Assembly (NCBI GenBank): GCA_030324005.1 | Contig: JARDVH010000164.1 | Location: 20,886,031-20,950,030 of the forward strand | Direction of reading: 5' to 3' | From: Negaprion brevirostris | Lineage: Eukaryota | Length of the DNA stretch: 64,000 bases | Shown: in pieces, positions 1 through 11,390 of the stretch | Numbering within the stretch: position 1 is the stretch's first letter | Layout of the letters: every line of letters starts with the position of its first letter | Position numbers and translations under genes: made by a program | Notes under the pieces: model-generated | The model's input: only the letters and a program-made list of their open reading frames with translations | The model's database searches: none | Told to the model about the DNA's origin: nothing

Positions 1-3000
1 GGGTAGGTAGGAAGACAAGAGTGAGGGCACATGCAGAAATAGGGAGAACAAGGCCGGCCGAAGAAGTACTGTAGGGCTAAACAGGGAGCACTGTCGGAGT
101 GAGAGCGTGCATATACATTGTGGAGGAGGGTGTGCATGCCAAGGCAGTGAGGAAAGAGAAAGCATGAGAGGAGGAAGAGTATGGGGCAATGCTCTCCATG
201 CAGTGAAGAGTTCCAATAGGATCCAGCAAAGGTGGCTGGCAGTAAAAGGCACAGATAATATAAATAGATCAGGAGATAATATGCTGGTAGCTGCCATGTA
301 TTTTGTTGTTATATTCCGCGTATCTCCCCTTATTGAAACCACCTCCTCCCTCACAGTGCAAGGAGGAACGCTTCAGAATGGGGATAATTCCAGTACTCAG
401 AGCCACTTTCTAATGTGCTTAAGTATAAATGCAGTATAATTTGCACAACATCCAGTTTTATTTTGCAGTATGTAACACTTGAGGCCTGTTGCAATCATGA
501 CTAAATGTGTTGAACGTGTGTCTCTTTATTTCTACTCAAACAACAGCTCTGGAAACCCTACATTGGCAGCTTAATTTAAATTCCTGGAGCATATCGCTTT
601 CAAGCTGTGCAGCTTTTCCATGAAAATTCTCTCATATATCAATGGCTCCCACATTTTGAAGACAAGATGGATTTGATTAATTGATTCTATCTGGGGACTA
701 ATCTATAAATTGTTTGCTTCAATGGATATTTCCACTACAGCTGTTCTCAAATCCCTTTCATTAAAAAGCTCAATTTCACAACCACAAATTAAACATTGCA
801 TTCCATCAGTTCTTGTCCCTGTTCATGTACTCTTGGCTAATTCACTTTTTCAAGTAAATTTCCAAGCTTCTGCAATGCATATCATCTTTGCCTGGTTTAC
901 CCATTCGCGCTTTAAAATTTGACGGACAACATTTGTGCCAGTAGTTACACATCTGGAAAAAATGTAAGCATAACCCAAAATTCTCTGTGAAAAGTCTGTT
1001 TTCTCCATGATGATTGGATTCCACAAGGCAGCAACCTCAACTTTTTTGGACAGGGGAGAGAAGGCATTTGTATCTCAAAAAGAAAACAAGTTGCAGGTGC
1101 AGTTTGTCATTGGCTTTCTTTCCATCAAGGCAAAAACCTTGCGCAGACATTTTTTTCCTGCAAATAACAATCAAGGAACATGACTTTCTCCAACAACTTC
1201 AGGTTTAATCATGCTCGGGTACAGGTTCTGTTTTGGAGAAAGAATGGCAGATATTTGACATTATGACTACCTACAGTCATCTTAATCATTACAATTGCAA
1301 CAACATTACAAGCCGCTCAAAACTTTGAATAAACCTGACCATCCACAAATCTGGATTCCTCAATATATTTTGACCTAAACCATGTTCCAACAACATCCAC
1401 AGCAGTCTATACGGCTTTAAAAAGGTAATATCCAGTGCTGCAGTTAGTGCTGACATCAATGGAAAAGGAACAGTAAAGAGATTGTAAATAAAAATACCCT
1501 ACGTACCTGTCATTAAAGTTTTAGATTAAAATGCTTTGTAAAGTTCTTTGTGCAGATAGAATGTCATCTGACACTTGCATCTAGTGTTACTGTACTGTTA
1601 CTGGCTGAATAAAGCTGCTTCCAGGTCATAAAGGCTGTTGAGACAGGAGTAGTCAGTAAAACATAAAAGTGCAAGGATCACTGATTAGTACATTCAAAAT
1701 ACATATTAACTATATAACGTATAAATGTAATTTTAGCTTTCTGAAGGACTTACTACAGATGATGGATATTACCTTTTCAAATGCTCAACTTCATCAATGA
1801 CAAATATGACAGAATTCTCTTTACTCCGATACTATTTGTAATATTAGTGCAAATCTGCTTACATTTCTGTTTTAGATAGCCATTGTCTTAACCTAAGAGG
1901 CAACATCTGATAAAATAGCAAGAGGTCAGTGACAACTGGCGCATTCATAACTCTAACTTCATTTATGCAGAGAAACAAGACAGACACAAAATGGACTGAT
2001 TCAACTGCCGCATCTTAACCCAACTGCAACATATACAGTTAACACAATTATTCCAACAAGTACAACTCCTTCATCTGCAGTGACATCTCATTACATAGTC
2101 CAGCATTTTGAAATCGCAAATGTGCTAAAGAAAAGCAGAATTAAGAGGCCATTTTTCAAGGAATAACTTCTACATAATTTTCTTGGCAATAAACCACACA
2201 TTATTTCTCAGTAAACCTGGCAATCAGCAATCCTGGGAAAATAATATGCGGAAAACTAGATGTGGAAGCAGAACATACGATTTTTACTGAATATCTAACA
2301 CGTACGTCCTGCAATGTTTTACAGCAGTCAAATAATCTCAAGGTTCAACCGACTTAAAAACTCAAATTCTATTTTTGTTATTCCAGCAATAGTAGTATTT
2401 CTTTCAATTTAGATTGAGTACAATTTTGAAACAGGCGTGGACAAAATTTTTAACTGAAAGTCAAGATAAAAATAAAACTACTTCAGGATGAATTTCAATT
2501 GCGCCATATTAACAAATTTTCATTATCAATAGCATTCAAAATAAACACATTACATGGCTCTTGGTAATAATTAAACTAGGCTGAGCCAGCAATCTGAAGT
2601 TCAATTAAAACTGTTTCAACTTTGAAGCTGTAACATGGTATTTCACAGATGCACAAAGCTTATTTCCTGTAAATGTAGACAGTTTGACTTGGACGAAACC
2701 CAAAGCTTCAATGGNNNNNNNNNNNNNNNNNNNNNNNNNNACAGGAAGAGCTGAAGGGAAAAAAAATCAGAAGTGCAGGATCTGAATATTTTAGATTGGT
2801 GTTAACCTTTTTGCTGAACTAGGATACACTGTATATAAATCAAACTGTTGCTCAATGCATGAAAGTGTACTTCACAGAAAGGTGATTCCAAGCAAATTAT
2901 TGCAATACATTAGTTGTAAGAGATATGTTTTATATCATGTTATTGTGAGGGCTTAAGGATTTCTTGGGAACTGACAAGAGCACTGAAATCAAATCACAGC

Positions 3001-3625
3001 CTATCTATGCACTATTTAGACATCTTAACTCTTAACAGTGGTGGGTTCTGAACACACTCAAACCAGCTACATAGCGTAAGTACTTCAACATGCTAGATCA
3101 TGCCACACCCCAATTTGCCAATAAAACACACAATATTGAAAAACAAACTCCAATATCTGCAATCGCTCCAAAAATAACAACCAAAAGTGAACCTGATTTC
3201 ACAGATTTGAAACTACACTACCTCCATATACTCATTACTGTTATCTGCAACTACAATGTAGCCAACATTGAAGGCTTACCACTTCACATGCAGAAGTTGA
3301 AATTTTTTTTTAAACTAAAATCAATCATGAACACATATGAAAATAATAGTGTAGCGAGAAAATGTTGTGTGCAACAGTAGTGTGTTAAACATAATGACAA
3401 GCACAATATACAAGGTCAGCAATAATAGTGTGGCATTCATTTGCTGCACTAAATTTGAAGAGAAAACAAACTGATTTCCTTCTATACTTAAAAATATTCA
3501 TGTGGCATTCTGGTAAAACACTGTTACAAAAGTGAAATTCTGTATTAACCACTGAGAATAAATTATTTCCATGAAGACTGCTGACAACTTCTCCCTTTTG
3601 TAATATATAAATCTTAAAAAGTTAC

Positions 3626-3832
3626 CATTGACGTTTGTCTACTGGATGCTACCAGTGCAGGGGCTCCATAGTTGGAATTCAGTCCTCCAATTGGCCCATT
3701 TTGTGATGGTCCCAGTAAACTGTGCACGTCACCATGGCCACCAGACATGCTTGTTGAAGGCCCAACGGCGTGGTTTCTGAGAACGTGGATGGCATCATCT
3801 AATCGGTCTAGACGATCCTCCATTCGAGTTTG
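3626..3832 (-). CDS. TCF12: TCF12/HEB coding exon (equivalent to human exon 16), activation domain 2 region
   Basis: 207 nt, phase 0-0, bounded by cttaacag|CAA and ATG|gtaact. Translates [69 protein letters not shown], matching the TCF12 AD2 (LDEAI-type) segment. Confidence 0.96.
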
Positions 3833-4164
3833 CTGTTAAGAAACAACAGGCTGAATGAAGACATTTGCTTTGGCAACACTTCTGATAAGGTAAACTCACA
3901 GCTGGCCAGTTAATGTTTAAAGCATGTCATGGATAAGAAAGGAAAGAAATTGCAACAAAAACAAATGGCCTCAACAGCAGCTATAGGCATCTGGAATATG
4001 TTTCAAATTATAAACCGGATATCTGGGGAAAGGGAATTTAAAAAACAATTCACATTAAAGGGGACCACTTATTATGAGCAGGGCAATTTGCAAGTTTGTG
4101 ATTTTCTCAGCATAATGAAGCAAATCATTAAGATGGTTATTTGTTGGACACAGAACTTTATTTG

Positions 4165-7100
4165 GATATGGTATCAAAATGATTGTGATACTGGACTGGT
4201 AATCCAGAGGCCTGAACTAATGCTCCAGAAAGACGAGTTCAAGTCCAACCACGACAGCTGGGGAATTTAACGTCAGTTAATTAAATAAACCTGAAATAAA
4301 AAGCTAATATCAGTAATGATGGCCATGAAACCATCAGATTGTTGTTCAAAATCACGGTTCACTAATACCCCGTAGGGCTGAAAATCTGCTGTCCTTACCA
4401 GTCTGGTTTACATGCAAATCCAGACCCATAGCAATGCAGTTGACTGTTAACTGCCCAGTGCAAACCACTCAGTCGTTCCAGACTGTTACAAAAAACTAGT
4501 GTAATGTCAGGAGGACCATTTGACATTGGCTTAGGCACCAGATTCAGACAGGACAAAGGCACACCCAGCCCAACCAACACTGCAAAGTCATCTTGACAAA
4601 CATCTGGGGACTCTGGGAGAAACATTGGGAGAAATGACCCAAAGACTAACCAAGCAATTGTCTGACATAGTCACACTCTCAAAATCTTATGTTTCAGCCA
4701 ATGTCCCAAACTCCTCCATCACCATCCTCGCCAGTGGAGCAAGAGAGATGCATTAAAGTAGGTGGCACAGTATTATTCAGAAGGAAGTGGCCCTCAACTA
4801 TGGCTCTGGGCATGATGCAAGTTCTCCTGATTATCACCTTTCCTCAGCTGGTGAATGAGTGCTCCCTCATGTTCAACAATACTTCTGGAGGAAACAAGGA
4901 CACAGAATGCACTCTGGATGGGAGGTTTCCATGCCCATCAAAAGGTGACTTGAGAACATCACGACTGACAGAGTTGGCTGAATCCTGAAGGATGCAGCTG
5001 CCAGAATGGGCGTGTGACTGGTGGTAAGAACACCAACACAAAGGAGAAAAAAAAATACATGACCAAGTCCTCACCATCTATTTGTGAAAGTTGCATCTCT
5101 CTATGATTAGTAGCCACAGCACAGTCATTGTGGAAACAGTCTCATATTCATCCTGAGGACTCTTGCCACCATGCTGTGTGGCACCTTGCTAAATAGGGTA
5201 GATTCAGACAGATCAAGAAGCTCAAAACTTGGCACCAATCAAGTGCTGTAGATCATCGGCAGCAGTACTGAATGTCACCATAACCTGTAACAACATACCC
5301 CCAAATGTGCTATTACCATCAAGTCAGGGAATCAACCAATGAGGATAAAGAGGGGCATGCCATGAGCACACTTAACAATGAGGCATCAACCTCATAACTC
5401 TACAGCACAGATTACATGCAAATTAAACAGCAGAGGCAAAAATGAACAACCCCACAGCAGCGCCATCTCCTCCAATCCTGCCATATCTATCAATGCTCAT
5501 AGTGGACAAATAAACAAATGCAAGGAGGCTTCATGAACATTCCTATCCTCCAACGATGGTGAGCCCAGCATATTACTACAAAATGGAAACATTTGTAACC
5601 ATTTTCCTGCTGAAGGACAGAATGTATGATACATTTTGGCCTCCTCCTGAGGCCTGCATTATCACAGAAACAAATCTTCAGCCAATTAAGCTCACAGCAC
5701 ATATTAAGAAACAGCTGAGAGCACTAGATACTGCGAAAACTATGGGCCTTGATAACATCCCACGTGCAGTACTGAAGACCTGTGCTCCAAAATAGCTGAG
5801 TCAATCACCATGCTGTTTCAGCATAGCTACTGCATTGTCCAACTTGTTAGGTAAATACAATTACTCAGCGATATCCTGCTCACCTAAAGCAGGATAAATC
5901 CAATCTGATCATTTTCTATCCCAGTGTACTCTCAGTTATTAGCAAAGTAATAGAAAGGGTCATCGCTGGTGCTATCAAGCAGCAGATACCAACACACACT
6001 TTGGGTTCTGCCAGGGCCACCCAGCTCCAGACCTCAATATTTCACAGTTCAAACATGGATAGTTGAATTTCAGAGGTGTGATGAGACTGACAGTCCTTGA
6101 GATCACAGCAGTATTTGATGGAGTGTTAAATCAAGGAGTCTTAGTAAAACTGAAGCAACTGGGGAATAAGGAGGAAAGTTTTCTCTTGGTTAGATTCACA
6201 CCAAGCTCCAAGTTATGATTTTTGGAGGTCAATTACCTCTGCCCAGGACTTTTCTGTAGCAGTTCCTCAGGGCAATATTCTTTGCCTAGCCACCCTCAGC
6301 TATTTAGTCAATGTCCCTCCTTCCATTCGAAGGTCACATGTGGGGATGTTCACTGATGATTGCACAGTGTTCAGTACCATTTGCAACTCCTCAGATAATA
6401 AAGCAGCCCATGCCTGCATGGAGCAAGACTTAGACAACAAGCAGGTTTGGCTAAGTGACTAGTAACATTCATGCCACATAAGTGGTACATCTTCAGTAAG
6501 CAACAATGTAACACGACTACATTCTACAGATTTACCATCATTGAATCCCTGACCACCAACATTCTGAGGGTCACCATTAATCAGAAACTTAACTGGACCA
6601 GCCACACAGATGTTTTGACAACAACAGCAAGTTGAAAATTGGGTAGTCTGTGGCAAGTGACTCACATCCTGACTCCCAAAAGCTTTTCCACCACCTACAA
6701 GGCACAAGTAATGAGTGTGGTGGAATGCCATCCATTTTCTTGAATGAACAGTTTCAAGATGCTCAACACCATCCAGGACCAAGTAAACCATTTGAGTGGC
6801 CCTCCAGCAGCCACCATAAACATTCACTCTCTCTAACACAAGGACACCAGTGTCTGTCATGATGCACTGCAGAAATATATGACAGCACTGACAGCACTTC
6901 CCAACCAGTGGCCTCCACCATCCAGAAGGACAGGATGGCACACATGAAAAACCAGCTCTAAATTCTCTTCCAAAACATACACTATCCTGACTTGGAAACA
7001 TATCCCCATTTCTTTATCGTCAGAGTCAAAATCCTGAACTCCCCACGGATCAACAACGTGCGAGGGCCTTCACCACACTGACTGTAGCAGTTCAAGAAGA

Positions 7101-7190
7101 TGACTCACCATCACCTTCTCAAGGGAAATTAGGGACAGGCAAAAGATGCTAGCCTTGCCAGCAATGCACACATCCCGTGAATGAATAAGG
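4165..7190 (+). mobile_element. Decayed ~3-kb CR1-group non-LTR retrotransposon with tRNA-like 5' head, APE endonuclease and RT remnants
   Basis: B-box-like GAGTTCAAGTCC near 4235. Endonuclease start (TNIWG) near 4595, KTMGLDNIPRAVLKTCAP near 5740, MFTDDC (YADD box) near 6346, ILRVTINQKLNW near 6560. Ends ...CACATCCCGTGAATGAATAA. Many stops and frameshifts. Confidence 0.85.
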
Positions 7191-7276
7191 AACAAATCAA
7201 AAATGATTAAAAGAGAAGAGAATGTGGATTTAAAAACACTGCTTGGTACATTGCTGTATTTCATGCAGGTGGTCTA

Positions 7277-7438
<162 letters not shown>

Positions 7439-9129
7439 TTAATATAAACACTTAAAAGCTATGCAAATCCAACAGGCTAAGTGAATTCATACTAAAGTAA
7501 AACGTTACTGAATTTTGAGATTGGATGAGAAATTTAGTCAGCAACAATGATCACACAAACATCTCAAAATATAAAGTAAACTGATGAATAAAATCTGTTG
7601 AGATTTTTCCCTCTCCTGTACCATATAATACTTTCCTGTTCAGATCGAACAATCTGATCTCTCAACTTCAATAACACCTCTTTATAACTAGCACTTTGTA
7701 AGAACTTACTCGCCAATATAATTTTCTTTATCCTTATAACACCACAATACCTGAACAAAGATGAGTATTCGTATGAAGAATTGTGTTTGTAAACCCCTCT
7801 GTTCACTGATTCATCCAAATATCGAACTGCATAATCAATGAATATTTGCTGACATCCATAAAGGCAATCACCTAGGTATGTCTTTAAAATGATCATGTCA
7901 ATCAGTCATTGAGTAGGTGAGCTTCATTAAGTTCACTGTACATAAAACTGTGACCTGGAATGCATCAGAATGCAAAAAAGAAGAAAAATCGGTACAAATT
8001 CCCCAAGTTGCATCATGACAGAACTGAGTAGTAGGCTGGAAAGGAGCTTTGAACAATAAACAAAGTTGGATAATATTACGCTCTTAACTTTCGACAACCT
8101 TCCATCAGAATTGCTCGGATTAAAGATCATCATTTTAAAACATTGATTTGTTTCTCCACAGATGTTGCCTGACCTGCTGAGCACTTTATTTTTTTCCCCT
8201 TTTCAAGCATTTGCAGCATTTTTCTTTTGTGTACATTTCTTCTTGGTTCAATCCTCAAACACAACCCAAGTTATAAAAATAGCAGCTCCCTAAAATTTAA
8301 TCCAGTTTAAAATGCAACTGTAGTGAAATATTCATTAGTCTTGGGGGCATCGATTGAAATCAATGGTTATACTTGACTAATTATTGCCTGAAAACCACCA
8401 AATATTAAGAACTGATACCAACCTTCAGTGTTACTGCAAGACAGCATCATCTGCAACCCTACCCCTTTCCACAATTGCACACATGACTTGGTTAGTGCCA
8501 AAGAAGTTTGTGTGAATCCAAGAAAACTGTAGCATAATCTTCTCAGCTACATAAAGTCAATTCAGAATATTGCTTGGATGTTGCACTTCTGGCAACTTTC
8601 TTGAGGGTACTTTGCATCTAAAGTGCCTTTGATGTCTGAGAAGGAAGAGAGAAGCTAAGCTTCTTAAAGTAGACCTAAACTTGAAAGTGTCACTAGACTC
8701 AAAATTATCATGGTTGGATTAATGTACTCAGTTAACCTTTCAGTGAATCAGGTGCTTATGAGGAGATATGTTAAGAACATTCCTTACACTTTCAAAAATT
8801 ACCCAAGACTGCGGTAAAAGGCAAACTGCACTATTGGCTGTGGTCACACATGAATCCAGTCAAGTCTATCTGCTTGTGATATCCTCTTAGGTCAAAATTG
8901 AGGTTCATAGAATAATGAATTTATCAAAAAGGCAAGTCTCTTAATGATTAAAAACCAAAACTGTACCAGAAATGCAAACTTATACTGAGCTTAAAAAACA
9001 TTGCATTGTCCTGAAACATTTTCCATTTCAAGTACACACCCAATTCTTGTTCGAAATGAGCTACACCCTTTCAAGCAGTGCATGCCTGATCATAACTTAC
9101 TGCATACAGAATTTCTCTCTTCTCCCCTC

Positions 9130-10507
9130 AGATAACAAAAATTAGTAGTCTGCCCTCAAGCTTGCCACACCACTCAATTAGATCATGGTTGATCTGACTA
9201 TGGCCTCAGCATAACTTCCCCACTTGTCGTCCTTCAACCACCCCCCACCCGATCCCCTAATCCTAGACTCTCTTGTCAATCAAAAATCGAACTAACGCAG
9301 CCTTGAAGATATTCAGAGAATTCCACAAGCAAACAACTTCAGAAAAAACATTTCTCCTCATCTCAATTGTAAACAGGAGGAGACCCTTAATGTTTTAATC
9401 AGATTCCTCACAATGAGGAGCATCCTCACAACATCCACCTGATCGAGTCCCCTCATGGTCTTCTAATGTTTCAAGAAGGCACAACTCCATTATTCAAAAC
9501 TAACAAGTACAGGTCCAACCTCGCAAACCTTTCTTCATTAGCTAATCCCTTCACTCCAGGGATCGGTCATCCCAGGTTCTAAAACAATTATATCCTTTCT
9601 TAAGGAAGGAGACCAAAANNNNNNNNNNNNNNNNNNNNNNNNNNNNNNNNNNNNNNNNNNNNNNNNNNNNNNNNNNNNNNNNNNNNNNNNNNNNNNNNNN
9701 NNNNNNNNNNNNNNNNNNTACATTACTCCAGATGCTCAAAACTTCAGATTACTCTGGATGTGTGGTGTCACTAAAACACTGTACAGCAGTAGCAACCTTG
9801 CCCTATTTATATACCCAATTCCCCTTGCAATGGATTGGATTACATTGCATTTGCCTCCCTAACCATTTGCTATATTCGTTACTAGCTTTGTGATTCATGT
9901 ACCAGAACACCCAGTCACAGAAACTCAACAGTGCAGAAGGACGCCATTCGGCCCATCTAGTCCACACCGACAGCAATCTCACCCAGTCCCTATCCTGGTG
10001 AACCCCAAGTTATCCCCTTGACACCAAGGGGCAATCCCACTCAGACCTGTCGCCCATAACTCCAAGTATTTGCCCTACTAATCCCCCTAATTTGGGACAC
10101 TAAGGGGCAATTTAGCATGGCCAATCCACCTAGTCTACACACCTTTGGAGGGCGGGAGGAAACCCACACAGACACAGACAGAATGTGCAAACTCCACACA
10201 GATAGTGACCCAAGGCCAGAATTTAATCCAGGTCCCTGGTGCTTTGAGGCAGCAGTGCTAACCACTGTGCCGTTGTTCCCCCCCACCCCGTGAAGTCCCT
10301 CTGTAACACAGTTCTGCAATCTTTCCCCATTTAAATAATATACTACCTTTCTATTCTTCCAAAGTGGACAAGTTCACATTTTTTCACAAGATATTCCATT
10401 TGCCAAAATTTTTGCCTACTCAATTAACCTACCCAAATCCCCTCGTAAATTCCTAACCTCTTCTTGACGACTTAACTTTCCTACCTTTATCTCATCAGCG
10501 AATTTAG
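9130..10507 (-). mobile_element. CR1 (HER1-like) LINE 3' fragments interrupted by a gap and an HE1 SINE
   Basis: Minus-strand translations FWSPSLRKDIIVLE and KFADEIKVG are CR1 ORF2 motifs. CR1-type 3' UTR near 9130-9200. Confidence 0.8.
9914..10280 (-). mobile_element. HE1-type tRNA-derived V-SINE
   Basis: Head GGCACAGTGGTTAGCACTGCTGCCTCA, V-core TGTGTGGAGTTTGCACATTCT, CR1-type tail CCGAATGGCGTCCTTCTGCACTG. Confidence 0.9.
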
Positions 10508-10633
10508 TTCTCATACATTGGTTCCATCGAAGANNNNNNNNNNNNNNNNNNNNNNNNNNNNNNNNNNNNNNNNNNNNNNNNNNNNNNNNNNNNNNNNNNN
10601 NNNNNNNNNNNNNNNNNNNNNNNNNNNNNNNNN

Positions 10634-11390
10634 TTGGACTAAAACCTGGTGTTGTCAGACTTTTTACTGTGTTTACCCCAGTCCAACGCCGGCACATCCA
10701 CATCATGTCTGAACAGAACCAGAGCAAGCCAAACCAATACACAAAGTATTAAGAACATGCAAAGACTAGAACTTCTAGTCATCCTGACTCAAAACATTAG
10801 CTCTATTCTCTCTCCACAAATGCTGTCAGACCTGCTGAGATTTTTCTGTAATTTCTGCTTGTGTTTCAGAATATCTAATCACAGCCTCAGTTTCTCATGG
10901 AACCCCAGGAATTGTGAATCATTACCAAACTCAGAGATGGGAACATCCTTAGGAGGTTCCCCAGGTAGTGCAACAAATTCTGCAGAATCTCTTCTCGGAT
11001 ATCTCATCAGCGACTTTAGTTCTCATACATTGGTTCCATCGAAGAGTCACCCAGACTTGGAACATTAGCTCTGTTCTCTCTCCATAGATGCTGTCAGACC
11101 ACCTGAGATTCTTCAGCATTCTCTATTTTTGAGTCATATTGGTCACTTACCAACTATCTTAAACCGGTGTACTTGGATTGCCAACCCTCCTGTCAACCAT
11201 CTTCTTTATCAAACTCAGCATCATTTCCAATACCTCTAAATCACTTCTGTAACCTCTGCCATTCTAAAGATAATATTTTCAGATTTCCAGCAATAAAAAA
11301 GACAATGCACAAAATACTCTTCAGATCTGGCAGCATCTCTGGAGCTAGAAACAGTTAATGCTTCAAGTTGATGACCTTTCATCAGAACAA
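10634..11390. mobile_element. Cluster of short repeats, probably derived from Penelope-like elements (mixed orientation)
   Basis: CATGATGTGGATGTGCCGGCGTTGGACTGGGG module (10634-10706, minus). Three copies of the ...CTCTCCACAGATGCTG(T/C)CAGACCTGCTGAG module: 10775-10870 +, 11030-11130 +, 11290-11390 -. Confidence 0.6.

Noticed and set aside
1-3625. Next TCF12 exon (VGTHRED-like) and the bHLH exons
   Set aside because: No matching sequence found by eye; they presumably lie beyond the left edge of the window.
6459-7001. Longest ORF in the track (180 aa, minus strand)
   Set aside because: It is the antisense frame of the decayed LINE RT/3' region and has no recognisable protein features.
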